Shown: positions 30,492 through 39,746 of the stretch, piece after piece
Numbering within the stretch: the stretch's first letter is position 1
Layout of the letters: each line of letters starts with the position of its first letter
Origin: Candidatus Thalassarchaeaceae archaeon
GTDB taxonomy: Archaea; Thermoplasmatota; Poseidoniia; Poseidoniales; Thalassarchaeaceae
NCBI GenBank assembly: GCA_030747675.1
Contig: JASLKH010000050.1
Location: 1-45,768, forward strand
Reading direction: 5' to 3'
Length of the DNA: 45,768 nucleotides
Translations under genes and position numbers: made by a program
The notes under the pieces: model-generated
What the model saw: only the letters and a program-made list of their open reading frames with translations
Databases searched by the model: none
Told to the model about the DNA's origin: nothing

Positions 30492-32060
30492 ATGACCAAG
30501 ATGTGGGGTGCCTTTTTTCTATCCATTTTACTGGTATCAACACTGAATTTCTACGCAGTTGTTAGAGAACCTGATCGAGTTGAGATTAGTGACATACACG
30601 AGCATGTCCAAGAAACCGTGAAAGTTGAAGGAACTCTAATTTCATGGATTGCAGATCCATATTCGGATGGCTCTGATAGAATCGATTTGCAAATTGAAGA
30701 TGATTATGATGTGGTGAAGGTGCAATGGAGGGACACTAGTGATGATATGCCACCAATTGGGTCAACCATCATTGTTGAAGGACAAGTTCGAGAATACAAT
30801 GGTAAAATATACATCGAATCAAAAGGCATGGGGGCCGTGACTCAAAAAGAAAGTGCGGGTGTGGAAGAACTAGGGCTGACGCTGAGTGACTTCGCCAAGA
30901 ATTCCTCTGATTATGAAAATGAGATTATACGCATCACTGGATATATTTCAAGCCCAATTTCACCGTCCGATACATACCAAACATTCACGCTCACTGACAA
31001 CCCAACTTACCTAAATTCCGATCATAGATTGTATGTTTCTTTGCAAGGAAGAACTGATGCTTGGATTGAAGCAGGCTCGAAAGTTAATGTCACAGGATGG
31101 GTTCAATTCGACGAAAGAAATTATCGTTGGCTAATTGTAGTTCAAAGTTCCACTGTTGACGTCTTGAATCCTGAAGGTGCCAAGAGAATGTCATGGGATT
31201 CAACAATGGAAATATGGTCTTATGACATTGGAAAATTGGTTACTATCAGTGGAGACCTCACAGTCACTGAAGAAGGTGAATTCTGGATTTATGACCCCAG
31301 TGGTAGTAATGCCAGAGTCTGTTTGATCCCAAACATCGATTTGTTCTGGAACCCCAGCACCGGCAGAGGTGAATTTGAAGGACGTCTTGCTTGGTCAGAT
31401 GAGAAAGTTCAGATTTGTCTCGAAATGTCTGAACTACCAGATTATACATCACCTGCTCCAAGTAATGGTCCTTACGAATACACCCCCCTAATCGATATTG
31501 CTGAAAATATCGAAGAGTGGAAAAACAAAATTGTCAACATTTCTGGAGTCATAAAATATACCGTAGAACCTGGAAAGGATGGATATATTGCAGATGGAAC
31601 TTACGATGCAGGGTACAATACATCAATTCGTTTTACATGCGTATGCGCACACGATTACTGGCTTGAAGAAGGGCAAGAAGTACAGATGTTGGGAGCTGAA
31701 GTTACATGGGATACCCGTAATAGTCGAATTGAATTAGTTGCACAAACCATCGAAGTTGTTGGAGATACTCCTCCGCCCGAACCATTTGGATGGAACAAGG
31801 GTTGGGCTGATTGGAAATATCAAATTGGAGTCCACGTCACAGTTGCAGGTACGTTGAATACTACAGATGATGGAAATATGTGGATTGTTCGTTCAGGGAC
31901 TGATGAGCGCATGTGCCTCTATGATGATGGTTCTGCAAATAATTTACAATATAATTCAGAAGGGGTTAGCAATGGTGTCATCACATGGATAGGGCGGCTC
32001 ACATATGCTGATTCAATTGAAACTGCACTTTGTCTAACATTGGAACCAGGAACTGCTTGA
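30492..32060 (+). CDS. Exported/anchored protein with about 5 OB-fold-like domains
   Basis: N-terminal hydrophobic segment; OB signatures such as TVKVEG...IGSTIIVEGQVREYNG and AGSKVNVTGWVQF; internal duplication WSYDIGKLVTISG / WKYQIGVHVTVAG. Start 30492 (alt 30459 or 30501). Confidence 0.6.
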   Translation: MTKMWGAFFLSILLVSTLNFYAVVREPDRVEISDIHEHVQETVKVEGTLISWIADPYSDGSDRIDLQIEDDYDVVKVQWRDTSDDMPPIGSTIIVEGQVREYNGKIYIESKGMGAVTQKESAGVEELGLTLSDFAKNSSDYENEIIRITGYISSPISPSDTYQTFTLTDNPTYLNSDHRLYVSLQGRTDAWIEAGSKVNVTGWVQFDERNYRWLIVVQSSTVDVLNPEGAKRMSWDSTMEIWSYDIGKLVTISGDLTVTEEGEFWIYDPSGSNARVCLIPNIDLFWNPSTGRGEFEGRLAWSDEKVQICLEMSELPDYTSPAPSNGPYEYTPLIDIAENIEEWKNKIVNISGVIKYTVEPGKDGYIADGTYDAGYNTSIRFTCVCAHDYWLEEGQEVQMLGAEVTWDTRNSRIELVAQTIEVVGDTPPPEPFGWNKGWADWKYQIGVHVTVAGTLNTTDDGNMWIVRSGTDERMCLYDDGSANNLQYNSEGVSNGVITWIGRLTYADSIETALCLTLEPGTA

Positions 32061-32088
32061 TACTGAGGTGATTTTTCTGGAAGGATTC

Positions 32089-33903
32089 ATGCTAGAATGG
32101 GCGTGGCTTATGGCCGCATTCTTCATCGGTGTGTTTCTGGGATGCATGACTGGTTTAATCCCTGGATTCCACGTCAACAATGTCGCACTAATTGCACTTT
32201 CAATGTCGCCTCTCGCTGTCTCCGCAGGTATCCCCCTGGAGGCTGTCGCAGCGATTATTGTAAGCATGGGGACCGTGCATACATTCCTGAATTATATTCC
32301 CAGTGCATTAGTTGGAGCGCCCGATGGTGACACTGCTCTAGCTTTACTACCTGGGCATCGGATGCTTATCTCGGGTCATGCGGCACAAGGTGTGGCCTAC
32401 TCTGCCAGAGGAAGTCAACTTGGATTATTGCTAAGTATTCCATTACTCATTTTTGCAAGACTGCTTTTTGGATCGAATCCCGGACTTGGATTGTATGATT
32501 TGAGTCGAGATATTCTACCCTGGTTACTACTCACCATCTCTGCATTCCTAATCATCACTGAAACAACAAGGCTAGCATGGCCACTTTGGATGCAGAAAGT
32601 AACAAGTTGGGCACATTATCCTCTGAAAAGACCCATTGAATTCACCATCCCAATTGCCAATTGGAAAATATATCGGAGATGGGAAGCAATTGATTTCAGA
32701 TTAGGTGATAATTCCCGTATAGCAGGAATGATTGCTGCAACTGCATTCTTCCTTCTCGCTGGATTCTATGGGTGGGCAGTATTCATTCTACCTGGTCGTT
32801 CACCCGTGGGTATGCCATCAGCAACATTGCTTATGCCAGCCCTTGCAGGTCTATTCGGTATTGCCAATTTAATTGATATTTATGTGACAACAGCAGAAAT
32901 GCCACCTCAAGAACAAAATTGGGAATTACCGCCTGTAAAGCCTCTGATTGTACCCTGCTTCCTCTCCTCTTGTTGCGCTGCTGTTATGGCGATTTTGCCC
33001 GGCATGACTGCTGCTCAAGCAACGGTGGTTGTTATGAGTGCTCGAAATTTCTGGGGTAGATTAACAGACCCCGATTACATTCCCGCAGATTTCGAATACG
33101 GACCTGGTGGTGTGAACGACCCTGCAGCCCAAGCACGAATCCAGGCTTATCGGGCAGAAACTGCCCGCCTTCATGGATTAGGAGGAGATACATTAGTCGC
33201 TAGTGCAGCACCGATGATTGTCGCCGAATCAGAAGGTTGGGATGCGGTTGTCGGTGAAGATGTTGAAGTCATTGAAGCACCTTTAGGGGATGTCCAACCA
33301 ATGGATACAGATGCAAAAGAATTGGAAGAAAAAGAGTTGGAAGATCAAGACATGCTCAAAAAAGCAAGAGAAGTGAAGACCACGTCTCCTGACTTGGACC
33401 TTGATGCTCAAACACGTGAGCAAGACCTCGAAGTGATTGCTGTTCTTTCCGCAACAAATACAGCTGTGACAGTAATGGTACTGACCTTCCTATACCTAGT
33501 ACTACGACCTCGTTCGGGAGCCGCCCTCGCTCTGAATATGATGTACCCCATTGATCAATGGACTATGATTGAACCACCGTCTGATTACATTCGCTTAATG
33601 GCGATTACAATTGGATCTGGGTTATTCGCGGTTCCAGTCATGATCAAAGTAGGAAAAGGGATGCTCAAATTGCATGAATTAATCCCACTTCGCACCCTTG
33701 TTTTGAGCGTGATTGGATTCGTGACTGTTCTAGTTTGGCTCTCAACGGGATGGATAGGGATAGGAGTTCTAATTGTGGGGACTACAATGGGATTAATGCC
33801 GCCTCGAATTGGGATACGGCGAAGCCATGGAATGGGTATTATTCTCGTCCCGATTATGATCTATACATTTGCTCAAAAGTATGACAGTTTCGGATTTATC
33901 TGA
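32089..33903 (+). CDS. Tripartite tricarboxylate transporter TctA-family permease (archaeal DUF112 type)
   Basis: GLIPGFHVN, HTFLNYIPSALVGAPD, ALLPGHRML, LFGIANL, ILPGMTAAQA, IRRSHGMG. Start 32089 (alt GTG 32068). Confidence 0.85.
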   Translation: MLEWAWLMAAFFIGVFLGCMTGLIPGFHVNNVALIALSMSPLAVSAGIPLEAVAAIIVSMGTVHTFLNYIPSALVGAPDGDTALALLPGHRMLISGHAAQGVAYSARGSQLGLLLSIPLLIFARLLFGSNPGLGLYDLSRDILPWLLLTISAFLIITETTRLAWPLWMQKVTSWAHYPLKRPIEFTIPIANWKIYRRWEAIDFRLGDNSRIAGMIAATAFFLLAGFYGWAVFILPGRSPVGMPSATLLMPALAGLFGIANLIDIYVTTAEMPPQEQNWELPPVKPLIVPCFLSSCCAAVMAILPGMTAAQATVVVMSARNFWGRLTDPDYIPADFEYGPGGVNDPAAQARIQAYRAETARLHGLGGDTLVASAAPMIVAESEGWDAVVGEDVEVIEAPLGDVQPMDTDAKELEEKELEDQDMLKKAREVKTTSPDLDLDAQTREQDLEVIAVLSATNTAVTVMVLTFLYLVLRPRSGAALALNMMYPIDQWTMIEPPSDYIRLMAITIGSGLFAVPVMIKVGKGMLKLHELIPLRTLVLSVIGFVTVLVWLSTGWIGIGVLIVGTTMGLMPPRIGIRRSHGMGIILVPIMIYTFAQKYDSFGFI

Positions 33904-33980
33904 GCAACCTAATGAGGGTAGCGACTAAGGAGGAGTGGTCCTCACGCATGAGCGCAGGGCTATGCCCTGCGGTGGATGCA

Positions 33981-36900
33981 ATGCGAAAGAATGCACTATT
34001 TTTTGCTACAATGATGATTTTGATGACACTCTCGCCACTGGTGCAAGCCAGTCAAGGGCGGTCTTCTGCCTGCACTGTTGATGTTTGCATCAACGAATTG
34101 ATGCCTAATCCAGCTGGGTCAGAGTCAGGGAGCTATCCAGCTGGTGAATGGGTTGAACTTTACAACAGTGGAACTTCTGATGTCAACCTACAAGGATGGG
34201 CCCTGACTGATCTAGCAGGGTATACTCACCCAATTGATGCAAACACTTGGGTTGATTTTGTTAATTTGGCCACGCCGTATGTTATTCCAGCAGGCGATTA
34301 TGCTATAATTGCTGAAAATAACCAAGGCACTCTCAAATTGAACAACGCAGGCGAAACATTGGATTTAATCGACAATAATGGTGCGACTGTTCAAACTGTA
34401 ACTACTGGGCAAGCAAGTAGCGACATCAGTAAGGTACCTGGGGCTTTGACTACAGATGATTTTACTGATTCTGGAGCCAATACACCGGGCGCTACGAACA
34501 GTGGTGGTGGGACTGGGCCAACTTTCGTTCAAAGCGATATCAGAATCGCCGAGGTGATGCCTGACCCATATTGGTCCAATGATAACGGAACATGGCCTGG
34601 TGGTGAATGGGTTGAAATAGCCAACACGGGGCAAATTGCTGTAGACCTCGCAGGGTGGACTGTGGAAGATGCTGCAGGGAATTCCATGCAAATGAACATC
34701 ACCCACCTTGTGGGTTCTGGAACAATCATTCAGCCTGGAGAACATCGTGTTGTTGCTGTAAATGGAACTCGGACTTATGGGATGTTGAACAATGGTGCAG
34801 GTACTGAATTGGTCAAACTGAAAATGCCTGATGGGATGGTCACACACCAAGTGGAGTATTCAGGGCCAACGAAACCTGGGCATTCCTATGTTAATTCAAC
34901 CAGCATAATTGGTGATTGGGGCAGAAATGCTATCCTCTTGGAAACAGCGAAGTGGCCTACACCTGGACAACTGAATTCACCCCTCGACACTTTGCCAGGA
35001 ATTGGTTTCCAAATCAATGAAATTTTAACGAATGCAACAGGAATATCTACCGGTACGTGGGTAGAATTCTACTACCCTGATACAGAAAATGCACCGACCA
35101 TTGACACATCGAGTTATTCGCTTATGACTGCCACTGGACGTATGAGTCAACCTTTGCCGGCAAGTATCCAACCAGGTGAATTCGTTGTATTCGGCCCAGT
35201 GGATTTGATCAACATTTACGATTCATTATCTCTTGTTGATGGTAATGGTGATGTTCGACAAACAGTGAGTTGGGATTCGCCGCAAAATGCTAATGTCAGT
35301 ATTGTCCCATCCAACCCACTAATGGTGGACTCTCCATGGGATGCATCAGATTACAACACACCTGGTGCATTGAATCCAGGTCAGGGAAATAATACTGGGG
35401 GTAATAACACTGGAGGCAACAATACAGGTGGAAATCACACAATCAGTATGGATATTCAAATTTCAGAAATTATGCCAAATCCTCTGGGGTCAGATTCACA
35501 AGCCGAACCGAATGGAGAATGGGTTGAATTGTATAATGCGGGTAATGAATCAATTGACCTGACTGGATGGAAGTTGCGTTCAGGAGCAGGATACACATTA
35601 CCAATGTTGAGTTTAGACGTTGGCGAATATCACGTGGCGTACTTAGGAACTCATTCAATCAGTTTACCAAACAATGGAGGTACACTCGAACTTTCCGATT
35701 ATGACGACAATTTAGTTCAAACAGTTACATGGGAATATTCAGCATTCGGCATGAGTATGGTTGCTGGAGGTGACCCACTTGGGCCAGACCCTTGGGTGAT
35801 GGCACCATGGAGCACACCCGGTTCTACAAACGCATTGTTTGAACACCCATATTCAGGGCCGACTGAAATTTTAATGAGTGAAGTTAGTGCTCAATGTAGT
35901 GCACCAGAAAATGGACTCACAGGTGAATGGATCGAATTATTAAACGCTGGTGCATACCCTGTGGATCTATCTCGTTGGTCTATTCGAGATAAAAGCGGAA
36001 ATGAAGCAGCTGTCGCACCTGACAGGATATGGGGTCGAACAGATAGTTCAACAACTCTTGAACCTGGAATGTATGCCGTATTGTTATTTGAAGAAAATAT
36101 CTTGACAAATATGAACGAATCAATTGAACTCCATAACCCAAATCGTGTTGTAATACAGTCACTCTCGTGGGAAGAAAGTACGGATTGCTTGACACTTGAA
36201 TCCCGAAACGGGAACGAGCAAACACGTGATACGCTTTGGCCTACCCCTGGTGAGGTAAATCCAATTATTGACATCTACGATGGCAGTCAAACACTGAAAT
36301 TCACGCGGTTCATGCCAACGGAAATTGATAACAGAGCTAATGATTGGTTTGAGATTACCAACACAGGTACAACATTGGTTGATCTGAATGGGTGGAGAGT
36401 TTCTAGGGACCGAGCACCATCCTCAGCATTCAATTCAACATTCAGTGTTACGCATGTACTATACCCTGGAGAAAGCGTTGTTATTTCAGAAAATCCTGCA
36501 AATCTAGCAAGCGATAGTGGTCCAGCATCCATTGATGGAATGGTTGCATTCAGTGGGAACCCCCCGCACTTAGTTAATTCAGGTGGTGCATTGCAATTAG
36601 CAGCACCTGACGGAACAGTTGTTGACACATTTGTGTATGGAAGTGGCAATGCAGAAGTTGTGGGTTGGACTGGTGGTTCGCTAGAATTACCTAACACAGA
36701 TTACGCTGGATTGATTCTTATGCGAGGTGACGGATGTGGGACACTACCAGATACAAACTCATCCGCAGATTGGGAATATCGTTGGCTTCGATTAGGTTCA
36801 AGTCTATTCTGTGATGAAGGTATATTCTCGACTACAGGTTCACTCACACCAGTAATTTCGCCACAAGGGTCACTTGGCCAAATGGTCAATTGGATTGGAG

Positions 36901-38747
36901 GTGCAACTGAATCTATGCACATACACGTCTACCAATTTGATTCTCCTGAACTCTTTGTAGCAATTCAAGAGGCTGTAAATCGTAATGTTGACTGCACGAT
37001 ACTTCTCGAGGGAGGAATTCTTGGAGATGCTGATGATGGTGCAAGTCAGCGTGGTTGGGCTGATGAACTGAGCAACATAGGTTGCAATGTACTGTGGATG
37101 GTTGAACCGGATGGAAACGATGCACCGATGGCTCCATACCGATACATTCATTCAAAAGTCGGTGTAATTGATAACTCAAGTGTGTGGATTGGAAGTGGTA
37201 ATTGGAAACGCTCAACATTTCCCTTAGATGGAGATGCCGCGAATCGTGACACTGGAATCATCATCGAAAGTGATGATGTGGCCGAAGTAGTACTCTCACG
37301 CATGCTTTGGGATGAAGATTTGAGTCACCGGCACATCATTTCTCAAGATGATGCACCTTTATCCATGGGGAGGCCAATGGGATGGAGTGCCCCCTCAGCA
37401 TCCAGCGAATTTACAACCCCTGTTGAACCCATGCCTACTTTCGAAGATTCATTCACAGGACGTGTGCTAACTTGTCCTGATGATTGCATCGAAGGAATTG
37501 TTTGGTTAATTGACCAAGCAGATGACACATTGGAAATATCCCAACAATATCTGTACATGGATTGGACTTGGGGGTATGGAGAGAACCCAATTATAGACGC
37601 TATTGAAAGAGCTGCTAGAGATCGAGATGTACAAGTCAGATTATTGCTCAATGGGTTTGCGTTTGATGGGGTTTCAATCAGTCCGAAGATTAGGGAAACT
37701 GTGGATTACTTCAACCACGTGCTGAACATGACAGAGAATTTAGATGTCGAAGCAAGGTTGATGTCAACATCAGAAAACATTACCAAATTACATGATAAAG
37801 GTGTAATTGTTGATGGGAGCATTGTCCTATACAGCAGTATCAATTGGGGGAGTAATAGTGCCTTGCGCAACCGAGAGATGGGAGTCGCAATTGAACACAC
37901 AGGTCTAGCACTCCATCGCTTAGCAATCTTCAATGAAGATTGGGAGCGCATGGATTCAAGCATGGATTCTGATGGAGATGGGATGCCTGATATTTGGGAA
38001 GCCGAGAACGGATTAAACAGAACACGAGCACTTATTCCAGGTACAATAACAAGTGAATTTAGTGTGGATCGTGAGAACGACGGGTTGTCCAATCTAGATG
38101 AATACCGCTACGGTGGTAATCCAAATTTGAACGATACTGATGGCGATTGTATCGGAGATGGTGATGAAGTGAGACTCGCCACCCTCACCTACGGAGTAGA
38201 TCCTGCATTGGCCGTTCAAACTGCTGATGCTGACTTGGATGGAGAAGATGATTACCTTACATGGGGCTGCACCATCGAATATACAGATGATGACGATGCA
38301 ACTACTCCTTTAGATGAAGATGACGATGAACCAGGTATTTTCCGTGAAGATGCAATGGATAGTGGGGCTGCAAAGGTGTTCCTCGGAATGATTATCATCG
38401 CTGCAATTTCCTTGCTAGGAGCTGTAGCCATGATGGTTATTCGGAAACAACGTGAAACCGCAGGGAATTTCCTACTTGACGATGCTGAAATCTCAGAGGA
38501 AGCATGGGGTGATGATTCAATCGAGTCGACACCCGCTGGTTCGGTGATTCTGGAAGGTACAAGCCTAGGGGAAAACGCAGGCAGTGAGGCTCGTGAAGTC
38601 TCTGCAGGTCGTGACGATGGGGTCTTTGGCGCCCCACAACTGGACGGGTATGATTTCCCCAACTGGTCACCACAAGAAGTCCAAGCCTCTCTTGACCAAG
38701 GCTGGACTGTCGAACAGTTGAGAGAAAAGTACGATTCCGAGCAATAA
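33981..38747 (+). CDS. Surface-anchored protein: 6 lamin-tail domains + phospholipase D-superfamily domain (two HKD motifs) + Ca-binding DxDGDG repeats + TM
   Basis: LTD starts INELMPNP, IAEVMPDP, INEILTN, ISEIMPNP, MSEVSAQ, FTRFMPT, each followed by a W(V/I/F)E motif; HSKVGVID (37149-37172) and HDKGVIVD (37791-37814); DSDGDGMPD, DTDGDCIGD; TM AAKVFLGMIIIAAISLLGAVAMMVI. Confidence 0.85.
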   Translation: MRKNALFFATMMILMTLSPLVQASQGRSSACTVDVCINELMPNPAGSESGSYPAGEWVELYNSGTSDVNLQGWALTDLAGYTHPIDANTWVDFVNLATPYVIPAGDYAIIAENNQGTLKLNNAGETLDLIDNNGATVQTVTTGQASSDISKVPGALTTDDFTDSGANTPGATNSGGGTGPTFVQSDIRIAEVMPDPYWSNDNGTWPGGEWVEIANTGQIAVDLAGWTVEDAAGNSMQMNITHLVGSGTIIQPGEHRVVAVNGTRTYGMLNNGAGTELVKLKMPDGMVTHQVEYSGPTKPGHSYVNSTSIIGDWGRNAILLETAKWPTPGQLNSPLDTLPGIGFQINEILTNATGISTGTWVEFYYPDTENAPTIDTSSYSLMTATGRMSQPLPASIQPGEFVVFGPVDLINIYDSLSLVDGNGDVRQTVSWDSPQNANVSIVPSNPLMVDSPWDASDYNTPGALNPGQGNNTGGNNTGGNNTGGNHTISMDIQISEIMPNPLGSDSQAEPNGEWVELYNAGNESIDLTGWKLRSGAGYTLPMLSLDVGEYHVAYLGTHSISLPNNGGTLELSDYDDNLVQTVTWEYSAFGMSMVAGGDPLGPDPWVMAPWSTPGSTNALFEHPYSGPTEILMSEVSAQCSAPENGLTGEWIELLNAGAYPVDLSRWSIRDKSGNEAAVAPDRIWGRTDSSTTLEPGMYAVLLFEENILTNMNESIELHNPNRVVIQSLSWEESTDCLTLESRNGNEQTRDTLWPTPGEVNPIIDIYDGSQTLKFTRFMPTEIDNRANDWFEITNTGTTLVDLNGWRVSRDRAPSSAFNSTFSVTHVLYPGESVVISENPANLASDSGPASIDGMVAFSGNPPHLVNSGGALQLAAPDGTVVDTFVYGSGNAEVVGWTGGSLELPNTDYAGLILMRGDGCGTLPDTNSSADWEYRWLRLGSSLFCDEGIFSTTGSLTPVISPQGSLGQMVNWIGGATESMHIHVYQFDSPELFVAIQEAVNRNVDCTILLEGGILGDADDGASQRGWADELSNIGCNVLWMVEPDGNDAPMAPYRYIHSKVGVIDNSSVWIGSGNWKRSTFPLDGDAANRDTGIIIESDDVAEVVLSRMLWDEDLSHRHIISQDDAPLSMGRPMGWSAPSASSEFTTPVEPMPTFEDSFTGRVLTCPDDCIEGIVWLIDQADDTLEISQQYLYMDWTWGYGENPIIDAIERAARDRDVQVRLLLNGFAFDGVSISPKIRETVDYFNHVLNMTENLDVEARLMSTSENITKLHDKGVIVDGSIVLYSSINWGSNSALRNREMGVAIEHTGLALHRLAIFNEDWERMDSSMDSDGDGMPDIWEAENGLNRTRALIPGTITSEFSVDRENDGLSNLDEYRYGGNPNLNDTDGDCIGDGDEVRLATLTYGVDPALAVQTADADLDGEDDYLTWGCTIEYTDDDDATTPLDEDDDEPGIFREDAMDSGAAKVFLGMIIIAAISLLGAVAMMVIRKQRETAGNFLLDDAEISEEAWGDDSIESTPAGSVILEGTSLGENAGSEAREVSAGRDDGVFGAPQLDGYDFPNWSPQEVQASLDQGWTVEQLREKYDSEQ
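35385..35441 (+). repeat. (GNNTG)n linker, 4 units, codon-degenerate
   Basis: GNNTG GNNTG GNNTG GNHT between LTD3 and LTD4; each unit contains an N-X-T sequon. Confidence 0.85.
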
Positions 38748-38789
38748 GCACACGAAGGATTCATGGGCACTCGGGTTTCGCTCTGCATT

Positions 38790-39746
38790 ATGGCAAGAGA
38801 TTCCATTCCAACACTTGACCTGCGAGAATATACAAATGGCGACCAAGGAAGTCGTGCAGCATTCATCCAAAAAATGGGTGAGGCTCTAGAAGACATCGGC
38901 TTCTTTGCATTAACCGGGCACGGCATTCCACTTGACGATATTTCTCAAGCATACGCGGTTTCTGAGGAATTTTTTGATAAAGACGATTCAGTCAAAATGC
39001 GCTGGAATCAGTCAGGTAATCAAAGAGGATACGTACCTTTTGGTGTAGAACACGCGAAAGACAACCCCGCCCCTGATCTCAAAGAATTCTGGCAGACGGG
39101 AAGAACACTTTCCGATGGTCATGCAATGAAAGAAGTATATGCCACAAACATATGGCCGACAGAGGATGCCCCTGAATTTGAACCCGCAATTGATGGGCTC
39201 TACATCCAGATGGAAGAATTGAGTAGAACTCTATTGGAAGTTTGTTCCGAGTATCTAGGCAAAGGTCCGAATTGGCTACCAGACATGGCAATTGATGGCA
39301 ATACAATTCTCCGAATTTTGCATTACCCTGCACTAGGAGCAGATGTGCCAGATGGTGCTGTTCGCAGTGCCCAACACGAAGACATCAACTTCATCACACT
39401 TCTAGTTGGAGCGAGTGCTGATGGGTTAGAAGTTATGGACCATGATGGTGAATGGATTAAAGTTCAAGGAAATCATGAACACATCATTATCGATTCAGGA
39501 GATATGCTGCAAAATTTAACGAATGGGCTTTTCAAGGCAGTCACGCATCGAGTAGTCAATCCACCTGATTCAACCAGTGACCGATATTCTATGCCAATGT
39601 TCACTCATCCTCGTGATGATGTTGATTTGACGCCTCGTCCCGAATTCATTGCCCGAACTGGAGGAGAAGCACTCTATCCAAGCATTAGCGCTGGTGAATT
39701 CCTTCGCCAACGACTAATTGAAATCGGGCTGATTAAGGATGATTGA
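38790..39746 (+). CDS. Isopenicillin-N-synthase-family 2OG-Fe(II) dioxygenase (DIOX_N + 2OG-FeII_Oxy)
   Basis: IPTLDL...IGFFALTGHGI, QRGY, DLKE, LRILHYP, HED and HRV iron ligands, RYS 2OG-binding motif. Start 38790 (alt 38763). Confidence 0.9.
   Translation: MARDSIPTLDLREYTNGDQGSRAAFIQKMGEALEDIGFFALTGHGIPLDDISQAYAVSEEFFDKDDSVKMRWNQSGNQRGYVPFGVEHAKDNPAPDLKEFWQTGRTLSDGHAMKEVYATNIWPTEDAPEFEPAIDGLYIQMEELSRTLLEVCSEYLGKGPNWLPDMAIDGNTILRILHYPALGADVPDGAVRSAQHEDINFITLLVGASADGLEVMDHDGEWIKVQGNHEHIIIDSGDMLQNLTNGLFKAVTHRVVNPPDSTSDRYSMPMFTHPRDDVDLTPRPEFIARTGGEALYPSISAGEFLRQRLIEIGLIKDD

Noticed and set aside
38252-38926. 224-aa minus-strand ORF, plus similar ORFs at 17302-17895, 27571-28215, 42337-42879 and the many 60-160-aa track ORFs
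   Set aside because: They lie antisense to or out of frame within well-supported genes, have Ser/Pro-rich shadow composition and show no motifs.
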